The notes below the pieces were generated by a model that was given only the letters and a program-made list of their open reading frames with translations, was not told the DNA's origin and did not search any database. Position numbers and translations under genes: made by a program. From assembly GCA_003135635.1 (NCBI GenBank), contig PLCJ01000003.1, forward strand, positions 53,087 through 117,086: a DNA stretch of 64,000 bases, read 5' to 3'. Shown here in pieces: positions 37,187 to 46,253 of the stretch. Position 1 is the first letter of the stretch, and each line of letters starts with the position of its first letter. This DNA is from Candidatus Adlerbacteria bacterium. Its GTDB lineage: Bacteria; Patescibacteriota; Minisyncoccia; Phycocordibacterales; SBAW01.

Positions 37187-37224
37187 TGGTTCTAACATCC
37201 TCCAAGGTGCGGAGCTATTTTTTA
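37187..37224 (+). repeat. Composite island element, copy G (core)
   Basis: ctGGTTCTAACATCCTCCAaggtgcGGAGCtatttttt. Confidence 0.85.
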
Positions 37225-37306
37225 TGCCTTATTTTCAATGGGATTTTTGATACCCCAATTGGACATCAGAACTTTTAATTGGCAATCTCAGTGCTAGGAT
37301 ATACAT

Positions 37307-37489
37307 ATGAACAAGCGACCGCTGTATGTGTACGTAATCGGAGTTGTTGTTGTGTGGGCGATTATTCTCACACTCTCATGGTTTGGAGTCATCTGGAAAC
37401 CCTTCAATGAAGTTGTCACAGTATGTGCGGGCTTCGCCCTCGGGATGCTCGCGATGTATATCGCCGTACACCTGTATAGGTGGAAATAA
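37307..37489 (+). CDS. small membrane protein (2 TM, 60 aa)
   Basis: Two hydrophobic helices (VYVIGVVVVWAIILTL, VCAGFALGMLAMYIAV). Confidence 0.5.
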   Translation: MNKRPLYVYVIGVVVVWAIILTLSWFGVIWKPFNEVVTVCAGFALGMLAMYIAVHLYRWK

Positions 37490-37521
37490 TCTAGCGGACA
37501 ACTCCTGCCCGCAGAGGACAA

Positions 37522-37530
37522 TGGTATAAT
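37522..37530 (+). promoter_or_regulatory. extended -10 promoter (TGgTATAAT), leaderless candidate
   Basis: atgGTATAAT lies 9 nt upstream of the ATG at 37540. Same architecture as at 48602-48610. Confidence 0.4.
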
Positions 37531-37539
37531 AACGACATC

Positions 37540-37719
37540 ATGGACAAATGGCGCTCGACATACGTCAAGCTAGTAGTACTTGAACTTGTACTAAGTGTGG
37601 TGTTCTTTGCACTCGGGCATTACATTGGGAACGCTTATTTTCGTGGCGTAGGTGTCGGCTTGTTAATCGCTTGGGTCACGGGCGCCTTAGCTTATTTTAT
37701 TGTGAAGAGAAGAGTTTGA
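37540..37719 (+). CDS. small membrane protein (2 TM, 59 aa; absent from the ORF track, which omits ORFs under 60 aa)
   Basis: MDKWRSTYVKLVVLELVLSVVFFALGHYIGNAYFRGVGVGLLIAWVTGALAYFIVKRRV. Confidence 0.45.
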   Translation: MDKWRSTYVKLVVLELVLSVVFFALGHYIGNAYFRGVGVGLLIAWVTGALAYFIVKRRV

Positions 37720-37776
37720 ATGTTTGTTTACACAAACCCCAACATTTGAATTTCTTTCGCTAGCGTTGCCCAATCC

Positions 37777-37812
37777 AGAGTTCTGAACGTGTCCAACGAG
37801 TGGAGCAACTAC
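37777..37812 (+). repeat. Composite island element, copy P (degenerate core), immediately followed by TTGACT
   Basis: agaGTTCTgAACgTgTCCAacgagtGGAGCAActac. Confidence 0.5.
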
Positions 37813-37886
37813 TAATTGACTCGACAGATTAACTTATTATGTTAGTCTAATTTTAGAATCTTAAAAGTGCCTACGGGAGAGCAATT

Positions 37887-38111
37887 ATGCGCGACAGGAC
37901 CGACTACGGTCATCAATTTCTCGCCAACCAGGATCCTAAGTTCTGGATGAATAGTTGGGGGCCGTTGATTCTTGTCTTTCCCCCCGGACCTTTCCGAAAC
38001 GGATACTGGAAACTCTTCATCCCAAAAACAGACAAGAGTATCGGGTTCACGGGAGAAACTGCAGAGCAGTCAGCATTTCTATTTGCTGCAATTTTTTCCG
38101 GATCAGCCTAA
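37887..38111 (+). CDS. hypothetical small protein
   Basis: RBS gggagag. 74 aa. Confidence 0.5.
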   Translation: MRDRTDYGHQFLANQDPKFWMNSWGPLILVFPPGPFRNGYWKLFIPKTDKSIGFTGETAEQSAFLFAAIFSGSA

Positions 38112-38121
38112 CCAAGCCGTT

Positions 38122-38201
38122 CACCAGCAAGCCGCCTGGAGGACGGTTTTGCTTTTTATATCTTCAGGCTAGTCCTCACATCCTCCAGAGTGGGCTATAC
38201 C
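38122..38201 (+). repeat. Composite island element, copy H (type I hairpin identical to copy C, then diverged core)
   Basis: accagcaagccgcctGGAGGAcggttttgctttttatatcttcaggctagtcctcACATCCTCCAgagtgggc. Confidence 0.8.
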
Positions 38202-38559
38202 AAATGAAAGGGCCTACGATTGCTCGTGGGCTCAGTTGGGAAGATCGATTTTGAAGTGTTATCGAACTTTTCAGCTCTAGTCTTGAATGAGATGCTGCAA
38301 CCTTTGATACGGATTACTCCGCTTCTCTAGTATTCACAAGTCATTGTTTGACCACTTCTGCCTCGCCGGCACCAACCCGATGTTTAAGCCAGCTACCTGT
38401 TAAGATTTCCGGCTCACCCATCTTGCGTGGCGCGACGACAAAGAACTATCTGGCTTCCTCTATACTAAACATATAGATGTGGATATAGGTGGTCAAGCAT
38501 CATATATAAGAATATCGCTGAATAAGCTGTGCACAATATGTGCAGAAGTGGCATAAAAC

Positions 38560-38646
38560 GGTGGATAGTGCATCCGAGACTTTTTTTATTACTTTGGCAA
38601 GGGGCTAAGATAGGTTCTAACATCTTCCACGAGGGGAGCAAAATGC
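38560..38646 (+). repeat. Composite island element, copy I (weak hairpin, T-run, core)
   Basis: gagactttttttattactttggcaaggggctaagataGGTTCTAACATCtTCCAcgaggggagcaaaatgc. Confidence 0.8.
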
Positions 38647-38746
38647 TTTTTTGTGAAAAGAACTTAAATTACTTGCTTTTTTATACATAGATGCTTTTAT
38701 TGCCAAAGAACCCAAACCTGTAGAGTTTTGTCTTGAGGAGGCAACG

Positions 38747-39400
38747 TTGAAAATAATTCGCCGGCAGATAATCCTAGGAATTGCCGTACTTTTGGTTTTG
38801 TGCGGATGCCAAGGAGCTGCTACAAACACACCTGTTCTTTCACAAACACCCATTCCAGCTTCGACCGTATACTCTCTCGATAATTTTGCGGGTGCGAATG
38901 GGAGCTTGCTGACGGCCCACATCCCGGACATCGGTCCCCTTTGGAGGATCATGACTGATCCAACCAAATGGATCCTTCAATCAGGTGCTCTTACCCGTTC
39001 TTATTTCGTAATCGACCAGGCATGTGTCGATACGAAACAGACTGATGTCGTCATTAGCGCAAACTTCACCTCCCTTAACGGTCTCTCATCGCTCCTTGTG
39101 CGTCGTCAGAATGGGGGGAATTATTGGGGGCTCTTCTACGACACCGTCCGAAACGGCTGGCAAATGGACAAAGTACTAGGAGGTCCTGATCAATTCCAAG
39201 GACCTCTCCTTCCCGGATCGATCGGGATCGTCAGTCTGAGCGCTAAGGGCAACACTATCACGGCGGTAGGACCACGTGGTGATGTGTTTAGTGTCACCGA
39301 TCCAGCACTCAATACTCAGACACAAGCATGTCTCGTCCTTGACGGAGATGGGACAAATGCTTCTACCGTCAAAAGTTGGAAAGCGACCAGCGTCATATAA
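38747..39400 (+). CDS. hypothetical lipoprotein
   Basis: TTG start after gaggagg. Signal peptide with LVLCGC lipobox-like cysteine. Confidence 0.65.
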   Translation: MKIIRRQIILGIAVLLVLCGCQGAATNTPVLSQTPIPASTVYSLDNFAGANGSLLTAHIPDIGPLWRIMTDPTKWILQSGALTRSYFVIDQACVDTKQTDVVISANFTSLNGLSSLLVRRQNGGNYWGLFYDTVRNGWQMDKVLGGPDQFQGPLLPGSIGIVSLSAKGNTITAVGPRGDVFSVTDPALNTQTQACLVLDGDGTNASTVKSWKATSVI

Positions 39401-39421
39401 GGATAAGAACATTTATTCGAG

Positions 39422-39459
39422 GGAGCTTCGTCTTAGTACGAAGCTCCTTTCCATTTTTG
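39422..39459 (+). terminator. intrinsic terminator (10-bp perfect stem GGAGCTTCGT/ACGAAGCTCC, then T-run)
   Basis: ggagcttcgtcttagtacgaagctcctttccatttttg. Forms the 5' part of element copy J. Confidence 0.7.
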
Positions 39460-39502
39460 TGCGTTTATGTAGGTTCGAACATCCTTCATGAGGGAGAGTT
39501 CG
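39422..39502 (+). repeat. Composite island element, copy J (terminator, T-run, core closest to the tRNA-Asn 3' end)
   Basis: tgtAGGTTCGAacatCCTtCAtgaGGGAGAG shares the 10-mer GTAGGTTCGA with the tRNA-Asn T-arm. Confidence 0.8.
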
Positions 39503-39704
39503 TTGTCTCACCTCACTCTAGTGGAGATACATATAAAAATCGAAAGGACCGTGTTCGAGAGAAGGGTGCGAACACCACAACCTATCGAACACGGCCTTGT
39601 CTTTGCTACAACCTCCGAGCGCCAACGCGTTCATTTTTAAGGTCAACAACAGTCAACTTAGAAACTTCGGGAAGCTTGATCGATACCAACTATGGGTCAT
39701 GTCA

Positions 39705-40532
39705 TTAGAATGCTCCCGCGAAGCTGAAAGCCGAACCGATGAGGTTTTCCTGGTACGTATTCCAGAACGGGCTGGACCCCTTTGCGTTTTCGAACGCTCC
39801 AATGCTGGGGCCGAATTCAGTAAAGTAAACCGGCTTCGACGTTCCGAACGCGGCTTGGACTGCCGTGATTGCTGAGCGCATCCCATCGTCGGTCTGCCTG
39901 TACGGATGCAGGCCGTAGCCGTCAACGTAGGGCGCCAGCGACGCGATTGCTTGATCCCATCCGATGTCGAGTCCAGACGTTCCGCCCGTGATAATCGTCG
40001 CGCTCGGGCATGCGGCGCGGATTGCCGGCGCTGTCGCCTTAACGAGCGAGAGATACGCGGTGTAATCGATATTTGCTTGGCCGTTCGGCGCGTCTGGCTC
40101 GTTGTATATCTCGAAGATAAGCGACGGGACTGAACCACAACGCCGCGTGGCCTCGGCTGCGACGTAGACCGCGTAAGCGGCGGGGCTATACGGGAGGCGC
40201 TCGGCGAACGTGCCGTCTGTGTGAATGTACGGCGTGATCTCCATCACGCTGAGATTGTCAGCAGAAGCCGCCGCAAAAAACGCGTCGTAGTACGCTTCGC
40301 CGTACTCCTTCGTGTAGTCAACGCGCACGGCATTTGCCTTCATCGCGACTGCCACTGAAAGTTGCACAGTCGGATCACCGTACTGCGGATGGACTTCAAC
40401 AGAGCGCAGCGTCGTGTAGAGGTTCGTGGACACGGGCGGGATGCTTGGAATCGCGCCACCACCTCCACCACAGCCAGCGAGTGCGGCGATGAATAAAATC
40501 GCGAGGGGTGAGAAGTTCTTTGATATCTTCAC
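39705..40532 (-). CDS. Glycoside hydrolase family 5-like lipoprotein
   Basis: Lipobox LAGC. IFEIYNEPD (acid/base Glu) and YFTEFG (nucleophile Glu). The gene is clearly more GC-rich than its surroundings. Confidence 0.7.
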   Translation of the reverse strand: MKISKNFSPLAILFIAALAGCGGGGGAIPSIPPVSTNLYTTLRSVEVHPQYGDPTVQLSVAVAMKANAVRVDYTKEYGEAYYDAFFAAASADNLSVMEITPYIHTDGTFAERLPYSPAAYAVYVAAEATRRCGSVPSLIFEIYNEPDAPNGQANIDYTAYLSLVKATAPAIRAACPSATIITGGTSGLDIGWDQAIASLAPYVDGYGLHPYRQTDDGMRSAITAVQAAFGTSKPVYFTEFGPSIGAFENAKGSSPFWNTYQENLIGSAFSFAGAF

Positions 40533-40841
40533 GGGAACCGGCCCTTCGTCGGTGCTGAATGGTACCGTTGTCTGGGATATACAATAAATTACTATCGATA
40601 TTTCGTCAATAGCGCGTGCCCTAAATTTAACTATACACTTGACAAATAATTAATACATGGTACACTAGTCCCAGACGCTAAACATTCTCGCGGATTAAGT
40701 GGAATGTACGTTCCTAGAAGGGGTACCACATGTCCTACGCTCTCGACAACCACGGCCAACCACACTTCGGATCGTTCGTTAAAGCATCACAGTCGGCGAC
40801 CGACACCAACAAGAAGTAACACTTCCCGGCCGGTGCGTCAG

Positions 40842-40927
40842 GAGACCTCGCAGCAATTTTGCGGGGTCTCTTTTTTTTTATACAATCAAACTGTTTTGAA
40901 CATCCTCAAGGGTGCGGAGCAATAAAC
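40842..40927 (+). repeat. Composite island element, copy K (terminator, T-run, ATACAATCAAAC, core)
   Basis: gagacctcgcagcaattttgcggggtctcttttttttatacaatcaaactgTTTTGAACATCCTCAAgggtgcGGAGCAAtaaac. Confidence 0.8.
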
Positions 40928-40934
40928 TTGATTT

Positions 40935-41366
40935 CTAGTGCAAGAGTCCCATATGAGTAAATCCAGCATGAATTAGGTAAGCACTAACCACCAAGATAAT
41001 AATGGCATACAGATAGAAAAACTTTTCTAAGTTGACCGAGCGTGCCCAGCGGACGATGGTCTTAGGAATAAAGAGAAGAGCGGCGCCCTTAAGTAAGGCT
41101 GCCCACCCGGTAATGGTAATAACAAGGGCAAGAATCCCTGCATTCCAGTAGTTGTGGTTAAGCACCAATAACAACCCGAGGAGCATCGCAATCCAACCGG
41201 CTAAGAATAGGGAGGTCGAACCACTGTAGAATTCATTTATTACCTCAAGAAACATCTTCTTTCGAAGCAACATCAAAAGTCCCACGAAGAGCAAATACAG
41301 ACCGATAAGCTGAGCGAGAAAATAAGTTAGTCCCATAAAAATTGATGAAACTGATAAGGGGTGCAT
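40935..41366 (-). CDS. hypothetical polytopic membrane protein
   Basis: 4 hydrophobic helices, 143 aa. Confidence 0.6.
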   Translation of the reverse strand: MHPLSVSSIFMGLTYFLAQLIGLYLLFVGLLMLLRKKMFLEVINEFYSGSTSLFLAGWIAMLLGLLLVLNHNYWNAGILALVITITGWAALLKGAALLFIPKTIVRWARSVNLEKFFYLYAIIILVVSAYLIHAGFTHMGLLH

Positions 41367-41386
41367 TCATACTATAGCACCTAAAC

Positions 41387-41422
41387 GGGTTCTGGTACCT
41401 TCCACGAGGAGGAACAAAAAGG
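41387..41422 (+). repeat. Composite island element, copy L (degenerate core)
   Basis: gGGTTCTggtACcTtCCAcgaggagGAaCAAAAagg. Confidence 0.5.
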
Positions 41423-41635
41423 AACCCCGCAGTTGTATGCGGGGCCTTAGGCCTAATCTTTCCTACGATGCGAGTCTATTTACGAGCCTTTTTACCTTTT
41501 CTGGATCCAGCTCGAAGAAGGACCTGCTCACTCCCGTCGACACTAAGAAGCAATCGGCAAGGAGATATCCTCCTATGTTTTCTAGTGTCATGCCGCTTGC
41601 GATCGCAAGTGGATGATCGCCTATTGCTTCCTTCA

Positions 41636-42163
41636 TCACACGGATTTTTCCACGTCTGGTGGAGTTCCTGTCTTTGACCCGCTAGTAGTGATGACATCGA
41701 TGTAGGGGGTCGCTAATTGGGCAACGCGAGCTACGTCATACACAGTTTCCTGGCCCTTGAATGCGACTCCCCCGAAGAGAGGAAAATATTCAGGGAGCAG
41801 GTGTTTTTTCCAATCATGCGTATCGCGGGCCTGACGTACAGGGTCTTCTGCACGCTCACGAATACCGCCGTCGTCTACCCAAAGACCCGACACTGAAGGA
41901 TCTTTCTCAATTTTCCGAATCGCTGTTCTGTTGTCGAGACTAAGATAGTTGAGACCAATCCATAAGTCAGGAAAGGCCTTTCGAGCGAAAAGGTAGCATC
42001 CATCAAGTCGGCCGTGGAGGTCACTATGGTCGATGAGAAAGACCCCATCTGCTCCCGCCTCGCACACAGTGCGCACGTTTCTAAGTGTCTGCTCAACATC
42101 TTTTACATGGATGACGATGAGGAGTGTGTGGGGCTTCGGAAAGATATTTGTGAAGGGGTTCAT
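41636..42163 (-). CDS. hypothetical protein (possible TIM-barrel-like fold)
   Basis: 175 aa. Alternating beta/alpha pattern. No confident family. Confidence 0.5.
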   Translation of the reverse strand: MNPFTNIFPKPHTLLIVIHVKDVEQTLRNVRTVCEAGADGVFLIDHSDLHGRLDGCYLFARKAFPDLWIGLNYLSLDNRTAIRKIEKDPSVSGLWVDDGGIRERAEDPVRQARDTHDWKKHLLPEYFPLFGGVAFKGQETVYDVARVAQLATPYIDVITTSGSKTGTPPDVEKSV

Positions 42164-42247
42164 GACACCTCCTTTCTTTTTTTAATGTTCAGTAGCTGGC
42201 AGAACTATGTGAGATAGCGCCACAGAAGTCAAACTTTGTAATGAAAA

Positions 42248-42285
42248 TAGGTTCGAACATCCTCCACGAAGGGAGCAAACAAAAT
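42248..42285 (+). repeat. Composite island element, copy M (core)
   Basis: tAGGTTCgAACATCCTCCAcgaagGGAGCAAAcaaaat. Confidence 0.85.
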
Positions 42286-42716
42286 AAAATCATCCTGCTG
42301 GTCCTCAGGATGATTCTCTATGACCCCCAAAGGTCAGGCACTAGCTTCTTTTAGCTCGCCGTGCCGGTGTGTTGCCTTATGAGCTTCTATACCCCCTTCG
42401 GATAATAAACCAGGGAAGCCGTTGGCAAATAGATGATGCCAAATTTAAACAGAATAATCAAATATAACTGATAGTGAACATCGTTAACATAACACGAATG
42501 TAAGAACCTTAACTCCCCCACTTCTTCCTATCAGACCTTATAAAAGCTTGTATTTTTCAAACAGATATCCTAAACTCCCATTGGGTTGGAGAAGTGTGTG
42601 TTGGGGACCTTCAAAGCACCGACGCTCGTCGTGGCCACGCTAGGGCCTGGCGGAGACACAATGAGGAGAGTCTCATACTCCCTCTCATTAGCTGGCCTCC
42701 TTCTCTGACTTTTTTA

Positions 42717-42792
42717 CTCCGCCTTGTGCGGAGTTTTCCTTATTATACAATCACCGACTTTCTTCATCATCCGCTTAAGCGAAGAGTGCACC
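42717..42792 (+). repeat. Composite island element, copy Q (type III hairpin, ATACAATCACC, degenerate core)
   Basis: ctccgccttgtgcggagttttccttattatacaatcaccgactttcTTCatCATCCgCttAAGcGaaGAGtgcAcc. Confidence 0.5.
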
Positions 42793-42846
42793 TCTCCCCA
42801 CTCCAATCTCTACCGTCTGACCTTTTATTGCCCCTGCCAACCAAGG

Positions 42847-42855
42847 TTGTATAAT
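42847..42855 (+). promoter_or_regulatory. extended -10 promoter TTGTATAAT for the surface-protein gene
   Basis: TGTATAAT lies 37 nt upstream of the ATG at 42892. Confidence 0.45.
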
Positions 42856-42891
42856 TATTGACACCATTTAATATCATTAATAATAAGAGCT

Positions 42892-44124
42892 ATGGATACA
42901 CAACCATCTGGTAATTATCATCGAAGCATGTGGCCGAGTGGAGCAAAATACACGATTATCACAAGAATTGTTATCGGTGCGATAGTTATAGTGTTTTTAA
43001 TCGTGGTTGGCGTTGTTATTATCGGCATGAGGAATAATTCGTCCTTCAACATCAATCCCGGCTCAGGGAAAGAGGGAACCGAGATCACGATCGTGTATCC
43101 AAAGGCACCGTCTTCCCTTTCCGGTTCAGCAACTGTAAAGTTCTATGATGCTGGTGAGCATGGCTGGTATATGGTTAGTGGCGGCGCCGCAGTTTATGTC
43201 GCCTACGATTCAACCAAGGGTTTGACCTATAGCGCTCCAGCTACGGCTACAGGCTCTAACAACAATGGCGCGAGCTACACGGCAACCGTCCCTCAGGGGA
43301 TTTGCGGATTCATAATTCAATCTGATCAGGCAACACCCGCTCCGCCAAAGGTGCTTGATGTCTCCATAGCAGGGCCTGACGGCACGCCGATCCCGGGGAC
43401 ACATCCGACAAAGTTTAATCTGATATGCGATAAATATACGCTGAAGGCGAAAATCACAGCTAATCCCGACAAGGTTCTGCCGGACGGTGCCAGCCAGTCA
43501 ACCATAACTGCAAACTTGAGCGTGACGGGGCCGGCTCAAGTTGTTATCGGCCAGAAAATTACAAAACCTACTCAACCAATTATTCTAGTGTCACCGCTTG
43601 GTTTGGTGATGGTCCACTTCAATACCAGCCTCGGTACGATTGCGCCGAATCCAGCCAATGTTAAGACCGATTTAAGTGGAGATGCCGTTGTGACTCTTAC
43701 CTCGATGGATGCGGGCATAGCCAAGGTTCAGGCGGTTGCTTCAGGCATCGGAGACGCCATTGCTAATGTTTATTTTGAGCCAAAGATCACCGGCGTCCAG
43801 GAAAATTTCGTCCAGCCAAACAGCCCGACCAATTATCAGATATCCACAATTCCCGCGAATCCAAAGGATCTTACTTTCGATTGGGAGATCATTCGTCCTG
43901 CCGGGCCCGTCTGCGGGAGTCTCACCGGCCCCGCAAGCGGCTTGGGTGAATCAATGAACGGTTTCTTCCATGGACTGACTTCCGATTTTCCGAACGGCTG
44001 CGACGAAACTTATGAATTCGCCACTCAGATCAAAGTCACAGTCACCGACAAGGATGGACAAAGTGATAGTAAAACTTTCTCAGCGAGAGCTCTCGAGGGA
44101 CAGGGCGTGGTCAAGTTGCCGTAG
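42892..44124 (+). CDS. membrane-anchored surface protein with bacterial Ig-like (Big) domains
   Basis: N-terminal TM. Repeated beta-sandwich segments (DGASQSTITANLSVTG, LSGDAVVTLTSMDAGIAKVQAV). Confidence 0.65.
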   Translation: MDTQPSGNYHRSMWPSGAKYTIITRIVIGAIVIVFLIVVGVVIIGMRNNSSFNINPGSGKEGTEITIVYPKAPSSLSGSATVKFYDAGEHGWYMVSGGAAVYVAYDSTKGLTYSAPATATGSNNNGASYTATVPQGICGFIIQSDQATPAPPKVLDVSIAGPDGTPIPGTHPTKFNLICDKYTLKAKITANPDKVLPDGASQSTITANLSVTGPAQVVIGQKITKPTQPIILVSPLGLVMVHFNTSLGTIAPNPANVKTDLSGDAVVTLTSMDAGIAKVQAVASGIGDAIANVYFEPKITGVQENFVQPNSPTNYQISTIPANPKDLTFDWEIIRPAGPVCGSLTGPASGLGESMNGFFHGLTSDFPNGCDETYEFATQIKVTVTDKDGQSDSKTFSARALEGQGVVKLP

Positions 44125-44211
44125 AAGTCAAAAACGAGTTTGAAAGTCGCCCCATCGGAAACAGATATAAAGAAGACGCCGCTCTTTTCAGAACGGCGCT
44201 TGTGCTGCGGT

Positions 44212-44598
44212 TTAACACGCAAGTAAGCTTCTCATCCGATTTATTGTTAGACAGGCCGTTGTGGCTTCTTCGCATGTGGCCGCAAGTTTCTGCAGTCCAG
44301 AAGAATCATCATTGTGCGGTAATGCAGTTTCCACAACATTTACGATGAGCTCATGAAGACCACCAGGCATCGGATGGCTAAGAAGTTCGGAAAGGTGTCT
44401 GTGTGCCTGTTCGGCTCTCTGGCGCTGACCCGCAACAAAGAGGATGTATTTTCTGGAACCTGAATGCTGAGTCGGGTCGGCGTTGAGACAGAAGTACCGT
44501 ATGGCCGAAAGGTCTCGGGCCGCTTGTTGAATGCTCTGGCGCTGATTTCCTTCAGGGAATGAAGGCACAGTTTCGGTCCTCCTTTCAAGTGAAACCAT
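44212..44598 (-). CDS. hypothetical protein (doubtful)
   Basis: ORF in a GC-rich patch, no family. Alternative frames overlap it. Confidence 0.3.
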   Translation of the reverse strand: MVSLERRTETVPSFPEGNQRQSIQQAARDLSAIRYFCLNADPTQHSGSRKYILFVAGQRQRAEQAHRHLSELLSHPMPGGLHELIVNVVETALPHNDDSSGLQKLAATCEEATTACLTINRMRSLLAC

Positions 44599-44687
44599 TC
44601 CTACAATACCTAAAATTTTAAGGATGTCTACAACTGAAGTTTGGGTCGCAAAACACCATCTATCAAAATATAATTTCGGTGGTCTGC

Positions 44688-44975
44688 TTAGTAGTGAATC
44701 GTCGTAGTGGTACTTGTGACAGTACCACTGGTACTGTTTGGAACAGCGGTGGATCCACTACTTGGAACGTTTACTTGAATCGTGCTGGCGGGAGTTGAAT
44801 TATTCCCGACCCTGTAAAAACCAAACCATGCTATAAAACCTACAACCAGCAGCACTAGCAAGACGACGATGACAGTTAACGCTGAACCAGAGTCATTGCC
44901 ACCTCCTGTGTTATTAATTTCTGTAACCATACTATTGGATAGAGTAAATTCTAATAATAATTGGACCTTAGACAA
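44688..44975 (-). CDS. small membrane protein (1 TM, S/T-rich tail)
   Basis: TM ALTVIVVLLVLLVVGFIAWFGF. Confidence 0.45.
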   Translation of the reverse strand: MSKVQLLLEFTLSNSMVTEINNTGGGNDSGSALTVIVVLLVLLVVGFIAWFGFYRVGNNSTPASTIQVNVPSSGSTAVPNSTSGTVTSTTTTIHY

Positions 44976-45189
44976 GCCTTAAACCTCCAAGGAGCATGAG
45001 AACACCTACGATAATTGCCACAACTGCTACGACCATTGCTAAGGTGCGACTTGGAAAGAAGAAATGAATACCATACCCCAGAAAGAAAATGATTTCGCAC
45101 AATGTAAGTAAAGACATGGTTTGGTAGATTACTAATAATTTAGGAACTGCATCATGAATACGTTTTAGATTATGACAATAAAAAAACAA
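44968..45189 (-). CDS. small membrane protein (2 TM)
   Basis: Hydrophobic helices. Adjacent to the preceding small membrane gene. Confidence 0.4.
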   Translation of the reverse strand: MFFYCHNLKRIHDAVPKLLVIYQTMSLLTLCEIIFFLGYGIHFFFPSRTLAMVVAVVAIIVGVLMLLGGLRLV

Positions 45190-45431
45190 AAAAGCAAGGA
45201 AATCCTGTTGATATTAAAACTGACTCCAGTTCAAGATGTAGCGGTCTTTTTTTGTCCAACCAGCTTCCCTATCTCATCTATCACCCGCCCCGGTGAAGTA
45301 TATACTTCTTCCCACGCAGTAGTTTGAAAGTTGCTCCATAAGGAAGGGCGACATTTGATATTTTGTTACATTGTGTTATACTATTTGTAGTATCGTTCTA
45401 AAGAAAACTCTACGGAAGGACGTAAACAACC

Positions 45432-45668
45432 ATGGCGAGCAAGGAAGCTTCCCAGAGTATCCACCTCCTAGGCCTTGTTTCTGGTGCCGTCATCAATGGC
45501 AAGCGTTTCCATATGACAACCAAAGACCGTAAGATTGCGGAGCGAGAGGCCCAAGCCCTGGGTGGCGTTGTCCGAGACTACGGAGTCGACCTGAAGAGGA
45601 TCAATCCCAGTACACTGGAGGCAATAGACTGGGAGAAAACGAAAGGGTTCTCTGTTTGGCTCGATTAG
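45432..45668 (+). CDS. hypothetical small protein
   Basis: RBS ggaagga. 78 aa. Confidence 0.5.
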   Translation: MASKEASQSIHLLGLVSGAVINGKRFHMTTKDRKIAEREAQALGGVVRDYGVDLKRINPSTLEAIDWEKTKGFSVWLD

Positions 45669-45676
45669 ACTCCAAA

Positions 45677-45762
45677 CCGCCCAAGGAAGACCTCCTTCGG
45701 GCGGTCTTCTTTTTATTTGATTAAATAGGTTCAAACACCGTTTATGGCGGGAAGCGAAACAG
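45677..45762 (+). repeat. Composite island element, copy N (type II hairpin, T-run, degenerate core)
   Basis: ccgcccaaggaagacctccttcgggcggtcttctttttatttgattaaatAGGTTCaAACAcCgTttAtggcgggaagcgaaacag. Confidence 0.55.
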
Positions 45763-45874
45763 TCAAAAAAAGATTTAAATATCTGACCTTAATGTAGAGA
45801 ATTATAATTTGAGAAAATTTTGTTATACTGAATAGGATGTGTTTATCTAATCACCATTTTAACAAAATAATTTT

Positions 45875-46234
45875 ATGATAAGAAATATTGCATTTAGTGT
45901 GTATGCCGTAACAGATATGCTAAGGGCCAGAGCCTTTTATGAAGGTATGCTTGGATTAACACCGAGCCCTGAATACGACGGGAGCAAAAATCAAAACTGG
46001 GTTGAGTACAATATAGGAGCGGGCACTCTATCCATAGGATCCTCGCCAGATTGGAAACCATCAGAAGACGGAGCGGTGGTAGCTCTGGAGGTTGATAATT
46101 TTCATGAGTTTGTTGGGCAATTAAAAACTCACAATGTTTCTTTTAAACTTGAGCCACAGCAGTACCCAACCTGCGACATGGCGGTCATAGAAGATCCAGA
46201 TAAAAACAAGATTCTTATTCATCACAAAAAATAG
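45875..46234 (+). CDS. VOC/glyoxalase-bleomycin resistance family protein
   Basis: Paired beta-alpha-beta-beta-beta modules. 119 aa. Confidence 0.75.
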   Translation: MIRNIAFSVYAVTDMLRARAFYEGMLGLTPSPEYDGSKNQNWVEYNIGAGTLSIGSSPDWKPSEDGAVVALEVDNFHEFVGQLKTHNVSFKLEPQQYPTCDMAVIEDPDKNKILIHHKK

Positions 46235-46253
46235 TTTTGCTTAAAAACTACGT

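Noticed and set aside
37093-37278. ORFs that read through element copies (37093-37278, 37955-38254, N-terminus of 14755-15177, 39376-39708, 40704-40925, 42594-42854, 41468-41677).
   Set aside because: Their conserved peptide segments are just translations of the repeated core or hairpin. They were treated as artefacts and the downstream genes were given shorter starts.
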